Shown: in pieces, positions 1 to 15,285 of the stretch
Numbering within the stretch: the first letter of the stretch is position 1
How the letters are laid out: every line of letters begins with the position of its first letter
From: Paragordius varius
Taxonomy: Eukaryota; Animalia; Nematomorpha
DNA: 64,000 nt
Direction: 5' to 3'
Assembly: GCA_964247055.1 (NCBI GenBank)
Contig: OZ176056.1
Location: 5,952,001 to 6,016,000, forward strand
The notes under the pieces: model-generated
Told to the model about the DNA's origin: nothing
The model's database searches: none
The model's input: the letters and a program-made list of their open reading frames with translations, nothing else
Translations under genes and position numbers: made by a program

Positions 1-1249
1 TAATTTTTGATTGGAATTTAAAGTGCCATATAGAAAATTTACAGACAAATATATTATTTATACCTTTGCTCAATTATTCTAAAAGTTCGGAAAAATTTTA
101 TGTAAAGGCGCGATTGACCACGGTAATTTAAAGCATCAAGTGACACAAAAGTTTAAAAGGTATATTAATTTTAATCAAAAATTTATGATTGGTTAGAAAA
201 TATATATCATCCGAAATTGGGCTTAGAATAAATATAATTTTATAAAAAGGCTGCTAAGATTTGGCCGGATTTAAAGTAAAAAAGGAAAATAATTATTTAG
301 TATTTTTATTTTGATTTATTGGTATAGGGTTATATTAATTATAGTCGATTCGGTGTTAAAACAAAATATATCTTAGGATTTATTATGCAAAATTAATGGA
401 TTATTGCAAAATATTATGTAGTCTATTTAAAGTCGTTATATAAAGGTCAAAGATTCTAGAAAAGGAAATATGTGGTCGGTATGCGTTTAGTTGCGATTCA
501 AATAGTGATTCTTGTAAGGTTCTGGAAAAGGATACTTATCGTGTGAAGGCTTCAATAAATTTGATATCTAAAAAAAATTATAAAAATTATATTTTATTTA
601 TGATATGTAAATATATCATTATCGATTCGTTTCATAATCAATAAAAACGTTTACCTAAATAAATTATTTTCCAATCAATACATTTATAAATATTCACTCA
701 TGTAAACGCATGTTTTAATCGAGAAGGAAAGGTATGGTATCCTACGCTATTCTTATCCACCTTTTTACCAAAAACCTTGATTTCATACCTTCTCCTAACA
801 TATTTATAATCCTTAAAAATCCTTAACATATTTCTCTTTACATTCACTCATTCTAATCAAATACTGAAAATGTTGACATCGCGTAATCTCAGCATCCGTA
901 TCAGACCGTGAAAATTACGGGGTGTGCTCATAACAATAATAACTTAGATTTAGTATTAAACGAAATGACCAGGCGTAATGACATACTAGATTTCAAAATG
1001 ACACTACCGGAACTTTAGTGACATCATATATTGTATATTTCTGGCAATATATAACTCGTTCAAATACAACGTCGGTATAATATTGAATAAAAAGCTAGCT
1101 AATTTATCTGATTTTTCAATCTAATCAATGAATGTATAATTTCAATCCGCATATAACCCCTCAACCCATTAAAATCTTTCAAATTTACGGCACTCCTCTT
1201 ACAGCGATCTGTGAAAAATTTTAAAGCGTTTCGACTTGGCGATTCAAAT

Positions 1250-3300
1250 TTTAAATAAGGATATCAATTTATCTTAGGAGACTTCAATTCTATCAGAAAA
1301 ACAAAAGTTTTATTTGACGGGTGGCTTTGGCCATAAAAACGAGAGAGATAAATTGATCGAACTGTGTGCTTACCTACGTTTCTTCGCTCAAACATCTTTT
1401 AAACAACCTAAACGAGGTCTATACTTATGGCGTTCCGTGTGTCAAAGGTACCGTAATTAAATTGATTTCTTATTAGGTATGGTTAAATATAAAAGTGTAT
1501 TTCATGTTAAATGCTTGCCGCCAGATTGCTACAGCGACCACAATTAATTCATCCCCAAACTCTGCATTAAATTACAACTACCCAAAATATCCAAACACAT
1601 TAAAACAAGATTGGATTATCAATCGACAACAAATTTAGCACCGCTTTATCAAATCGTTTCGAGTATCTTAATTTTAATTCCGAAAACTGTCACTATATAA
1701 TTTCTCATCAACGCTATACAGACAATTTGCAAAGATACAGCCGACGAATTTATACAGCCTCTCAAACATAAAAAAAGGCAAAAAGTATTGAGATCGCAGA
1801 AAAACGTAAATCAAATGCAAATAGAATTAATACAAACAAATAAACAGTCAATGTAAAAATAAAGGACAAAAATAAATACGAGCAACTGTGCGAAAAGTTA
1901 GAAACACGCCAAAAATAAACGAAACCCTTTTGCCGATAACATAAAAATCTCTCTACAATGGACTTATGAGAAACGACAACAACTCAATCATCACTGAAAA
2001 AGACAAAATCCGCAAATTTTGGCTTAAACATATTAGTAAACTTTACGACGTAAATAACATTCAGTTTATGAATGAACCTACTCAATAAAAAGACCCACCT
2101 ATAATAAAAGAAGAAGTTGAATACGCTATATAAACACTCTAGCGTCGGCAAATCACAAAGGTACAGAGACATCCCTAATTAAATAATAAAATATATTTCG
2201 ATCGATAATTAAATTATTCCAAAATATATTTGATATAAAAACAATTTCTGATGATTGGTATAATTCAATTATGATTAATATTTTAAAAAGGTTATCCAGA
2301 ACTGTGAAATATTGCACCATAGCGCTAATCAACCAAGGGTCCAAAGTTTCCCTAAAAATAATACAGGTTATTGCCCCGAAATATTTACATTCAGGCTGCT
2401 TTTCAAAAAGTTAGAGAATGCCGAAATATGATATGCAATATGAGGTGGAAACCAGAAAAACATATCCAACAAAGAATTCGTTTTGTTGATTTTTCCAAAG
2501 CATTTGTTTTTTCTGACACAATAAATTACGAACATCCCTAAAACAACTTGGAAACCCATCTAATCAACGTCATATTCATTTACTTAAATTCCACAGCTGA
2601 AGTATATACTAATGCAAATGTTTATGCCAAGGATGCGTTCTATCTAATTCTTTAAGGCATATATTGAATGCATACTAAGAAACAGGACAGAAACTTATGG
2701 CATCAACGTAGGAGAAAACTACTCACATCCGTTCATTATGCGGATGACAATTTTATTCGCGTGCAGTGTAGACATATCGCAAGCTTTGCATATGAATGCG
2801 ATAAATACGTATTCCCGGTTCAAACAACTAAGTCTAATCCTCAAACGGTAAGGAAAACGGTAAACAGTTACACGTATTTGGGCAGCATTGTAAACAATGA
2901 CAAAACTCTACTCCAGAAATAAAACGACAAATTGTTACCGCAAAAGAATCACATTCAAATATAACAGGTCTTGGACATCACATAACATTAAACTAAAAAC
3001 CACCCACGTATATGGGCGCGAAAGGTAGGTGCTGAAGAATTTGACGGACGACTAATTTTTCTTTTTAAAAAATAAGTTAGTGATGAGCTTCTGCAAATAA
3101 AATGAGAAAAAGTTTCTAATGCCACCATTTTAAATATAACAAATCCGGAAATGTCACTACTAGGCAGTCTAATATATGGCAAATACTAACTTTTTTGGCC
3201 ACCTTATGTGATATACCTCAAAATACTGATGCTGGAAAAGTGAGTGGTGCTCGTAAAAGATGAAGACGAAGAACTGGTTGGATGGATAAATACTCATAAC
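1250..3300 (+). mobile_element. Degenerate RTE-type non-LTR retrotransposon
   Basis: APE endonuclease remnant (ILGDFNS...GFGHKN.R.KLIELC) near 1265-1380, RT motif HYADD near 2735, TYLGS, and a C-terminal G.R.R.R..W motif near 3240-3290; many stops and frameshifts. Boundaries approximate. Confidence 0.75.
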
Positions 3301-4574
3301 CAGCCAATCATAAACCAAACGCCAGATTCAATATATAGAAAGTTATATTTTCAGCAGTTATTTGGAATCGACCTTAGTAACAACAAAAATATATTGACTA
3401 ATTCGTTAATCATTTTTTAAGTAAGTAAATTAAATTTTTATCAATATTTTCGGAAAATATAATTACCCCAAATAGAAATATATATGACCTATTTTTAATA
3501 TATAATTTTGGAAATTGTGAAATGTAATTTCCTTATTTCAAACTTAACCATCAGATTTTATCTTTAAATAAATATGATTTAACAGCATTTAAATTAACTT
3601 ATCATTTTTAAATTATCATGAAAATTATTTAGTTTAATTGTTAACCAAACCTTATATTATTATTATGATTTAATTATCTATACATAAGAACAAACTGTTC
3701 ACTTATATAATATTCTAACTATGTAATAATATCGTCCAAGCACCAATATATATTATTATTTATATTAATTATTATTTATTCTATTTATCATGCTTTTGGA
3801 AAACTATTTACAGATATGACGTTTCTAGAATAATTAATTTGGCTTTATTGCTAATTTATGACCTTCAATCACTGAATTCTTAATTCGTATGAAATAATAG
3901 CCAGTCTAATTCTCTGTATGATTTTATGTTTAACTTAATATCTTTACAAGAAATTTTGGATGTCTATATTATATTTTTTCGAGTTTTAAATAAAATCTTA
4001 AGTCATGCATATTAATTACACAATGTCTACACTGTAACAACTCTTCCAGCGATCTTTTTTTAAATTTTAATTTATGCAATTCATTTTTCATTGTTATAAA
4101 ATATTTTATGTGAATTTAAGTGACTCTTTACCCTTTGTTTGCGGATTTTTTGTCAACATTTTTTGATTTTTTTGAATAAACATCAATGTGCTAGCTTAAT
4201 AAAAAAAATTTGACTATTATCGGCAAATAATTTATTGCAGTTCTTACTCATGTTTATCAGAAACCAAAATCTCACGACAAATCATAGGTATTTCATATGC
4301 GATAAAAATTACGCATTTAATTATTTTACGTTACTCCCGAATTATACAATGTCCACAAAAAACCTATCGTTATATACATTCTGATAGCAAAATGGGTTTT
4401 AACCCTTACGATTAATAAAAGGGTGATTTACACTTCTAATAAGTGCTTCATATCTATGGCAAAATTTCTGCACATTTTTTAAATAAAATTTTTTTAATGT
4501 AGGATAAGTGCTGCATTTATAAAGATTACTCTATAATTTTATTTATTATTCTAGATATTTATTTTTTTGTAAAG

Positions 4575-5020
4575 AAGTGGATTACTCTACGTTTCGTTCT
4601 CCCGGTCACCTCATATGGTGAGAGTTGGACTCTCAGAAAAAGGGACAAAGAAAGGCTCATGGCTTTTGAAAGGAGCTGCTGGCAGAGGATGCTAGGATAC
4701 ACCTGGAAGGATAAAATTAAGAATGGAAATCTAACTTCAGAAATAAAACCTAAAACAAACATCCTGGAGATAATTCTAAAAAAGTTAACATATTTTGGTC
4801 ATGTCATGCAATCGAATCCTCTGGATAAAGATACAATGTTTGGGAAGGTAGAATGGCAAAGGAAACGAGGCCGACGACCGATGAGGTGATTGGATACGAT
4901 AGAAGAGACCAAAATGACATCAAACGAACTCAATATAGCGGTTAAAGATAGAAAAAAATGGAAAGAAATTGTTAAAACTATATCCAAAAAGTCGTTTACG
5001 ACTTAGGAAACAACCAACAA
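4575..5020 (+). mobile_element. 5'-truncated RTE-type LINE (3' end)
   Basis: AFERSCWQRMLGYTWKDKIKN...KLTYFGHVM...GKVEWQRKRGRRPMR, a typical RTE C-terminus. Confidence 0.8.
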
Positions 5021-5515
5021 ATGCTGCATTCCAAAAAATATTATTATAAAATAAAATTTATATCATGTAGAAAAGTATTCCGCCATCATGCCTCAAAATA
5101 GTTTGAAGTACGCTACAAAATTTTCCTAAAATCCAATTTTCGTAAAAGTTGTTATTATAAAAATATTTATATATATTTAATGTTTAGTATATATTTAGGA
5201 TTTAGTATATACTTAAAATTTTAATCGCGCAATCCCGGCATTTTTGCGTTAATTTTAAGAGAACCCCAAAAAGTGAAAAAATTTGGGTACGGAACACTAA
5301 AATTAAATATTTTTTAAAACTATTTTTTGCGTTTTATAGGGAGTTTTAATATATTTTAGTGATATTTTTGGAAGAAACATTTAGCTTCAACCAAAAAAAT
5401 TAAACAATGTGCCCAAATTTTTCTATTTTTGGATATGGAGAATATTTTCTTATAACCTATCAGGACCAAAAAAAAGCACCACAATAATTCTGATAAACTA
5501 TTCTATCATATATAT

Positions 5516-7775
5516 CAGTGGTACTCACCAAAAAAATTTGACGAAATAAAATATAAGTTTTTTTCGAGGGCTATTAACCATATAATGACAAATATTCCAT
5601 AGCTACTTGACACATTTACACATATTTATACTCTAAATCAGCACAATGAATTTTTTGCGGATCACGCGTAAATCCAGTAAACTCGGTTTGCACCAGTTAG
5701 TTTAAAATTAAAATATTTTGATAACAACATTTATTTTGGAATTAGCCAATAACTTTTGACAAATTTGGTTTCGCCTCATGACAGGCCAATCTAATACGTC
5801 GGCCAATGATCATCGGTTAGCGATTTCTGTATGTATTGTTGGTATAATTCATTTTTAAATAGGCCGCCTCATATGCGTAAGTTGAGGGAAAAACAGTTAT
5901 CATAACCTGAGCACATTTTTTATATTATATTTGTTTGGCACATCTTGCCAAAACTCTACATATCTTTCTTTACGATTTTCCTTGAATATACTTCCAAATT
6001 GGTATCATTTTTAAATACGAATTCTTCAATGATATGCGCCTGATCAAAACCGAAAAGCTTATTATTTATATTGACATCCATATGACATGTACTTTCAACG
6101 AGTTTTAAGTTTTTAATATTTTTTTAATTAAATCTGAATTTCATTTTATTAGATAAATATATGAAAAGGATTGTCTACTTTTAAATTAACTCCGCGGCAG
6201 ATTCCATATCATGAATCGTTTTTGTTGAGAAATCCTGGAGTGTTTTATTTATAAAATTTTGTTGATATATAATTAATTTCTCTTCAAAAGCTAATATTTG
6301 ATTGGCAAATTGGGTTATTATTTCGCTCTATTGAAGTATTGTATTAAAAATTAAATTTATAAGTAATGTAACAAAGGAAGGCTCATAAAACTCACCATTT
6401 GTCTCCATTAATTTTTTCGACAAACTTTCTGTTATCTTTTTTATAAAATAATAGAATTTCATGTTTTAAAGCTATTTAATACTTTGCTAGGGCTTAGTCA
6501 TCTCTTAGCGGTGTACAAAAGAATATCATCAAACCTGTGAATATCTTTTAGAAATTGGAATCTACGGCGGTTGAGTTCTCTGCAACGATTTTGATTAAAG
6601 TCGAAAATAAGTTTTGCTGATGAATAAAGTAGTGAGAGGATAAAATATTTTACAAATTATATTTGTTTTCTAAAAGAGAAATAAATCCTTTTATACCAAT
6701 CCTAGAGGTCAGCCATCTGTGCAGATCGTAATCAATTTTTTCATTGATATACCATTATTATCGAAAAAATTGCTAATTAAGAGAAAATAGTCATCTCGTG
6801 ATATTATTCATCAGTAAATATTTAAATAATTCTCGTTAATTATATTGTCGTTGCAATTCACGAAGCGCGCACTTGAGGTGTTAAACTAATATTGGTGCTA
6901 ATATTTATAGCAATACTAAAATATTTGCAGGTTTTTAGAGCTAATAATGTATTGTTAAAAATATATTTTGAAATATCTTCAATGCGTCGTTCATGTTGAA
7001 TCAGAAAGTTGTGGTTTTTAATTTGCCTCATAATATTTTTATTATGGAATTTATCAAATCCAAATGTGCAACTATTTATTAGACATTTTTTTATTAGTTG
7101 TGAATCAGTAAACGGTTTCATATTTTTTTCGAAAATATAGCAAATTTTCATACAAAGTTGTACAAAATAGATCTTTGTTTCGTATAACTGAATCTTTTTA
7201 TCTTTTTTCGTTTCTTTCCGCATGATTTTCCTTTTAAAAAGGATTTTCATCGGATAATTTGTTTTTTTCATTAGATGTCATCCTTTAAATTTGTTTAAAT
7301 ATTATGTTGATTTTTTAAAAAAATAGGAATATAATTTGAATATGCTAAAAAACAGAACCAAATTAGATGATGTTGATTTGAAATTATTTTATAGGAACGC
7401 AATTATAAAAAATGATGCAGGATAGCAATAAAAAAAGTATATGCAAGTTTGAGTGAGGGGCTGCTTAAATATAAAAAAGGAATTCAATAAATATTTCAAA
7501 ATAGATAAGAAAATGGGAAACAGATAAACGTGTGCCAAAATATTAAAACAAATTTACGTAAAAAATTTTTTGTACATTTTGAATTAAATAAAATATAAAA
7601 AATACCAAAATTAAATCTAAGGAAAATAAATATTAAAATAAGGGAATTCATTTTTATGTGTATTTTAAAGATTATCAATAAAAAATATAATTTCATTATC
7701 AATATGGTCATAGGGCAATTATAAAGCACTCTTAGGGCCGCATGCGGCCCGCGGGCCGCGGTTTGAGTATCACTG
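5516..7775 (-). mobile_element. hAT (Buster/SPIN-like) DNA transposon remnant, copy 1
   Basis: TIRs CAGTGGTACTCA (5516) and TGAGTATCACTG (ends 7775); identical 8-bp flanks ATATATAT; minus-strand transposase remnant KPFTDSQLIKKCL...RRIEDIS...LKTCKYFSIA, similar to GTF2IRD2/Buster transposases. Confidence 0.85.
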
Positions 7776-8679
7776 ATATATATTTTTATCAAATTTTTAT
7801 ACACCCCAATTTACCTTATTTAATATATTGTGATAATTTTACTACCGACGATTTTAAAAGAAATGCCGCATTTATTCATTTTCAAAAAAGGATTCACGTA
7901 CATAACTTTCAAAAAATTTCATCATGATTACATAAAGCATAAATTAATTCTATGGCAAAAGATATTTACTCGATTTTTTCAAAAAACTATACCTTTAAAC
8001 AAGTAATGTTTATCCTGTACTTGGTCCATATGTGGTAGAATGCATAAACCGGAATAGGAAGTATACTGACGCAGGATATAAGCCAACCAATTCATAAATC
8101 AGGATAAATATAATTCGCATATTGAACAGGAACATGGAAAATAATGTTAAATATCAGGGCCCCCTTATGCCAGTAAAAAAAAGTAATATAGTAAAAACCA
8201 GATTAAAAAATTTTGCGCCTATCTGTTTGCCATTCTGAATTTTATTTTATATAATAATTTAAATTAAAAAAAGATTCAAAACAATCTGTTTCCAACCATA
8301 TTTAAATTCCCCTTATATGGAAAAAAATCGACAATTTTTTAAATGCCACTAAATTTTTTGTCATATCAAGAACACATAAATATATAGTCATAGGGGAATG
8401 TGTAAATGGTAAAAATGCATATATCGTCACAGCGCTTAAAACTGTTCAATCTTTATTTTGGCTAAAATGATTTTAGTTTTTGAGATTGGGTGTTTATATA
8501 AGCGATTTGAATTTACTAGCGAATCCGCACATTAAATAATATATATATATATATATATATATACCAACAGCAAAATTGGTATCACATATTTCCACAAGAG
8601 GATAAATAGCTTAGCTAATACCACTTTCCAATCCAACATGAATTCTATATCATCCATAAATCTACGGGCGCCTGATGAT

Positions 8680-8682
<3 letters not shown>

Positions 8683-8748
<66 letters not shown>
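8683..8748. repeat. (TA)n microsatellite
   Basis: Pure TA run read directly; a shorter run lies at 8539-8563. Other runs are near 40288, 48147, 55905 and 58607. Confidence 0.95.
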
Positions 8749-8752
<4 letters not shown>

Positions 8753-10318
8753 CTTTTTGTAAAAACTTTGACCGCAGAATTTAAAAATATATAATTTAGG
8801 GTTAAGGTACTTTATAAACACCATTGATATTATAAAAATTCAATATAAACAGACGAAAATGGTTAATATTTGTTAATCAGAGCTATTCAACACAAATGAA
8901 CTCGACCGCATTTTTTACTCAAACCCTCACGCCACATTTGAAATATATATATAGGCCTTCAATAATTATTTTGGACTTTTTAACAATTTTCTTTAGTTCT
9001 TGCCAAATGTATATTTTTGCAAATTTTTTATTTATCATTGTCCGCAAAAGCCCGCATGGCTGCATGAGGCTCGCACACCGCGTGATTAGGAAGTAAAAAA
9101 TTAATCGGATTGTCTCACTGTATATACACAAAATACACTAATTTAATAAAATAGACTTTTAGAATAATGGGTAAACACACAAAACGCAAGTATTTCGCTA
9201 TAATTAATTTTTAATATTTATACTTAACCGAAATATCCAAAGTGCGTCAAAAAAATTCTTAAGTTATTAATATTATTTTAAATTGCATAAAGTATCCCGA
9301 AACTATAGATTTGTTATGAACCATATATCCAGGCAATAGAAATGGTTTCAAATAAACAAAATATCAGTACTTATAGAATAACTATGTACCAATCGACTAG
9401 TTGATGGAGATATATTCAACCCTAAAAAACGGTAATCATATAAAATACTAAATTGTTATTTCCAAAATATTTATTTGCTTTAAATTTGTTTTTTATGATT
9501 AAAAGAACAATATCATTATAAGAGGTAGTTTAACACGTTCAAATAAAAAATAACCTTCTAAAGTATTGTTTATACAAAAATCTAATTATCAAATGATGAA
9601 ATATTGCAAAGAATTTTTATGTTGACAATAGGTAAAAATTATAAATAATGATTAAGTTTAATTAAAGTTTTATATTTCATTATACATTAACATGGACTTT
9701 GTTTATTCGAGACTTCCTATCTTTTAGTGTAGTGTTAAATCCCTAAGCTATTTAAAATTCGAATATCCAGAAAAGTTTTTAAGGTAGGAAATTGAATGCT
9801 TTTTTAGTTTTATCGGCGCATTACAGGAAAAATGTCTAGAAAAAACCCCCATCTCAAATTTGCTTTTTTATAAATTTTTCAAATCGCTAATGCAACATGC
9901 AAATAGCTGTATATTATGGTTAAAATGTAAGTAACAATCTATAATAAGCTTTCAGGGTCAAATTAACTATCAACTTGATATTTAATCAGCTGTTCGTTTC
10001 CATCGTGTTTTGGCGCTGTGCCAATTTTAGACTTTAGAATTAATGTTTGAAATTAATATTAAAAAACTATCAAAACTGTTTATCTACACTGAGATAACTC
10101 CCCTAAAGGAAAAAGGTGTCAAGGTAATGAAATATTAATTTAAAGTCCATTATTTAACGATTTCCACAATATTTTTTCCCATGTATAAAAACTGCCCATA
10201 CATATAAAATTAGAATTTAATTTATGCTTTGCATCAAAATATTTATTTTATTAATATTAAAGGCCAAATGTCGATGGAATAAATGGTTTGGTATAAAATG
10301 GATAATGAGTTTAATACA

Positions 10319-13300
10319 TGTTAGATAGATCCTATCGTAGACTACGCACCTATATAATTGTAAACACTCATAATTCTTTGTGATCTAGTTATTTAACTGT
10401 AACTTCAAACAAAATTAGTATATAATTCTTGTATTATAATATTACACAGACATGTTTAATTTTGCTATTTAATAAATGTTTTCTTTGTGATATAATTCTA
10501 CTTCCATTATTGGCGCGTCAATGAACTTGGCGAAATTCTCTGGAAAGCTTTAAAGAAAATATTGACCGATACGTTTTATACATCTAGCGAATGCTAGCTG
10601 CAAAAAACATGACGGCAAGCGACAACAATTGCAAGTCGTTATTTCTCGCTTACGCAGGAATGGCGGTCACAAAGAAATTCGATCGATTTCTTTCTCAAAT
10701 CCGTATGATAATCCCTCCTGGCCGGATATCTAAGCCGGCGGGAAAATTTACGAATCGAAAAGGACAAATATATTCTAGTCCAGATTTAATTTCGTAAAAC
10801 TTCGTCGGAAAGAAAATGAAACATTTCCGGAATTTCTTTTACGGATCAAAACCGAAGCTGCAAAATAACTTCAAGCTTGACATCGAAAAAATGCGCGACG
10901 CGCTAAGAGTGGAAAAATTGGAACTAGATCTGTTTACTGGATTCCCCGATGCCATGTGGAAAAACGACACCGTAAACCAAAAATAATGGAGACATTACCC
11001 TAATGAAAAAGCACATCAACAACAATTAATGGCCAGATATAGCAGACTACAGCTCGGAATACCAAAAAAGTGACGATTCTGCGGTTTAGGTCATGCACCC
11101 GCTAGATGCCCCTTGGGGCAAACGATGTTATAATTGTCAAGGCTGGAATCACATCCAACCGTGCTGTAAGAAGAAAAGGATTAGCAATGTTCAGCATGTC
11201 GAATCTGGATCCACCCCCAAGATAACAATAATAATAAATGGCAAACCAATAGGCATGATTATAGACACAGGTAGCGTATCTAGAATTAATTGTCAAGCGT
11301 GGAAAATATTGGGGAGCCCGAGTTGCCACGAACAGGCGGAGATTTGTTAGCTATGGTGGACAATCAATTTCAATGGTAGTTGTATGGTCAGGTTACAATG
11401 CGATGGTAAAACAAAATCTTTGGCGTGTATGGTTGTAAGCGGCACGAAAGCCCCAACAATTCTTGGTTGGGATTGGCTACAAGTATTTCCGAATGCCATA
11501 GAACAGTTGATAAATTTTCATAAATGTTTTAATAATTATATAATTGATTAATAAATTTAATTCACCTTTTTGTGAAAGGTTAGGGTGTTTCATCGGAACC
11601 ACTCTCAAACATTTATTGAAAAACAATATACCAAAATATTTGAGTTCGCAGCATCCCGATGAAATCGTTAAAAGAAAAGGTCGACTCTGAAATTAAAAGA
11701 CTTTGAGAAGCAAACATAATCAAACCATTAGACCCTACGACTGAGAAATTAACCTTTGCCACCCCTATTGTTTGTATAACAAAAGGGAATGGTGCATTAA
11801 GGTTCTGTGCTGATTATCGTGTTACAATAAATCCACATCTAGTAGATGACAGTCATAATATACCGACATTTGACGACTTCGTTTCGGAAATATGATTAGT
11901 AATCGATTTGAAGACGCATATCTGCAATCGCCACAAGAAAGTTTACTAACAATTACCACACCCCTAGGCTATTTTACATATAAAAGGTTACCTTTTAGCC
12001 TAACAAGCGCCCCCTCATTTTTCAAAGATTAATAGATAATATTTTAGGTAACTGCCAGGAACAGCTATATATTTAGACGATTTAATAACAGGAAAAAACC
12101 GAAACAAACATAAAAGAAACTTAGAAAAGGTATTTAAGCGAGACGTCTGGTTTAAAATTAAGTAAAAGCAAACTAAAACTTTTTAAACCGTCTGTAAGCT
12201 TATGTTATATCAAAAAACGTCATATCCTCAGCTGCCGGTAGAGTTAAAGCCATACAAGACTTCCCAAGACCCACCGACAAAACAACACTCAAGTCCTTGT
12301 TAGGGTTAAAAGCAGTTATAGAAACCATGGATATGGACCAAAAACCACAAGGACTGTTTTAACAGAGCCAAAAATTTAATATGTCATACTGTTAAACTAA
12401 TACCGTTCAACCCTGAGTTACCTATAATAATCGAAACAGACGCCTCAAATAAAGCGTACGGAGCAGTGTCACTACGAGCCACAAAGGAGGGCTATTGACT
12501 ACTCATCTAGAAAGTGGTCTAAACCCGAAGAAAATTATTTATTGATAGAAAAGGAATCACAAGCCATACATTTCACTTTTGAAAAATTAAGAACGTTTAT
12601 TACGGGGAAGAAGTTTGAACTGCGTACTGATTACAAATCACTAATAAAGCTGTTTGGAAATAATCGTAAACTAGACCAAATAATTACCAAGCTACTACGT
12701 TAGATATATAAAGCCGAATTTAAATACCGTCTACGGTACATTAAAAGCCACGAAAACATTGCAGATCCATTGTCCCGCATGCCGACAGAACCACACCAAC
12801 AAGACAGAAAAGCCTTCAAACAGCATAACATGTAAGATTTGTCAACAGTAATCTAAATAAATCGTGACCATATAGGAAGCCAGACCGAAACCAACAGGTA
12901 ATAATGGCCCTAAGAACAACAACTGGTCCAATTAAATATTACATCTATCTTACGATTTATAAATGAAATTCAAAGTACATGCGGGTTATGGCATGATAGA
13001 TTTAAAATTCCTGAATATTAAAAAAATTATCTTACAATTATTACACGTCGGAAACCCCGGGTTCAAAGCAATGTACGAACAAGCAAAGAGTCTGGCACAA
13101 CATGGAAAGCGACATAAAAAAGTGGGTAGATATGCGTAAAAAGTGTCTAAACTGTCTGATACGGAAACTAAATCCCACATACAATTGGAACACTAATACA
13201 CCAATATGGGAGAGATTACATCTAGACATGCCCGAGAGACAATTATTATTGGATAGTTCTTATTGACAGTTATTCTCGATGGGTTAAAGTTAAACTATCG

Positions 13301-14172
13301 ATCAGATATCTTAATTTCCTAGACGAATGTTTCAGTCGATATGGATCTATAAGAATGATAGTTACCGACAACGCTTCTTACTTTACATCTGAGGAGCTTA
13401 AATATTCATGGAAAGGGGATACATTAAACATGTAGCATCAGATCCCTATCATCCGAAAACGAGCGGAATGGTGGAACGAATAAAATATACTCTCAAAACA
13501 CATTATCGGTCAGCAGAAGACGGTGACCCACTATCAAAATCTTTACAACCGAATCATGAATAGCAAACGAAAAATAAAAATAAACTAGCGAATGGTAGGC
13601 TAGAAGGAATTGTAAATAAACGACTCTTACTCTTATATGAAATACGAGATGATAACAAAATAATCCGAAAACACACCGATCTACTGAGACCAGGGGAAGG
13701 AAGTGAAAGAATAATTGGGACAATTTCTCCCGAAGAAATTCCACCATCGCATGACCTATATGTTTGGTACCCTGCTGCCACGACCGAAGCCCCGACATTA
13801 CCTCCGCCCCAACCCCCCTCGAAACCCCTCATTGAGTTGCTATCCCAACAAACACCCACTATAGCACTTACCACATCCCAAAAAAACATATACACCTACC
13901 ACTGACACTGACACACAACAGCGATACCCTGCACGAATCCCACCAGATAGATATGAAGGACAAGGAAAGAACGAAAGTCAGATACTTGTCGTAGACACAA
14001 ACTCACCTAAATTGTAAACACTTATAACTCTTTGTGATACACCTAGTTATTGTTAATTGTAGCTTCAAGCAAAATACTTAGTATATATTCTTGTATTTTA
14101 TAGTATAACAGACACATGTTTGATTTTGGTATTTAATAATTATTTTCTTATAATATAACTTTACATCTATTA
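10319..14172 (+). mobile_element. Ty3/Gypsy LTR retrotransposon, degenerate (element 1)
   Basis: LTRs 10319-10509 and ~13971-14172; PBS-like TGGCGC at 10511; purine tract before the 3' LTR; 5-bp TSD ATACA (10314-10318 and 14173-14177). Coding remnants: gag CYNCQGWNHIQPCC, protease IIDTG, RT LRFCADYRVTIN and YLDDL, RNaseH ETDAS, integrase IVTDNASYFTS and PYHPKTSGMVER. Domain order PR-RT-RH-IN indicates Gypsy. Confidence 0.9.
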
Positions 14173-14789
14173 ATACATATAATCTTACTTTCACCAAAAA
14201 TGGCAATCCAAGTAAAAAGATCATGATAGATGCGATTAAGGTATATATATATCTATGTTTTTGGAAGCGTTTGGGCAACGCTTCATAAATAGGGGTGTAA
14301 ACGACTTTCAATTCAAAAAACTATAAAAAAATATTGAAATATTATAAAAGTAATATATTTTTTAGATTAACACTAAAATATACTATTGTGTCAATTCCAA
14401 CGCTGAATAACATAAGAAAAATAGGATTGTCCATACGTTAGGCCACGGCCAAGAGAGTTTCTTGATAAACTATAAACGCCAAATTAACACATAATTTTAA
14501 AATTATTAAAAACATTAGGGAAAATAAATAATCATTCTTATTGTTTATGTAGGGCACCGACGTACACCGCGTGCCGGAGTTCTACCCGACAGTGCGCAAT
14601 TTTACCATTATCATCACAGTCAAACCTGGGCAGGGGAGTGTTGAAGCCTTTACATATTGAAATATTATTTAAGTTTACCCCATAATTAAAAAGAAAAAAA
14701 GATACTCTAACCTGTATATTTTTTTATTTGATAAGGATTAAAATCTAAAATTTAAATATTTATATAATATCTGAAATTTAGCCCTAAAA

Positions 14790-15285
14790 ACACGCTATTT
14801 CGATATGATTATAGTTTTTAGCTGGTATTTCTTTACCCAGATCATCAAAGAAACGCTTGACTAAAATTTTTGCCTTCTAGCAGGGAATACCTGGAATCCT
14901 TATTAAATTTTACGTTCTCATACTTTGGGCGAAAAATAGATTTAAAAAATTATTTTTGTTGATTTAATTTTTTTAAATAAGTGGCAATTTACGGAGGGGC
15001 GGAAAAGAGGGCCCAAATTAAAAAAGCGAGCCGATTATGTTTGGCGCAATTGAAAATAACATAAACATATTTGAAATCAAATGGTCCAACCCGTTTTCGG
15101 AAAAATTGTCCAGAGACGATTTTATTGACTTGTTTTCAAAAAAACCCATTTTCTACACGGGGTAGGCCTGAACTGGGTACCTAATTTAAAAAAGGGCGAA
15201 GCTTTTGTCGGGACATTCATTAATGATTATATGTTTTTCAATATTTGGATTTGAATGGGCCTACCGGTTTTCATAAATCTATAGA
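14790..15285 (-). mobile_element. Non-autonomous Helitron family, 5' fragment
   Basis: Reverse complement of the 5' portion of the repeat at 42899-44908; starts A|TCTATAGATTTATG. Confidence 0.6.

Noticed and set aside
721-798. Short GGAAAGGTATGGTA...ATACCTTC hairpin-like element, also near 16333-16447
   Set aside because: Possibly a small MITE, but the arms are short and degenerate and no TSD could be established.
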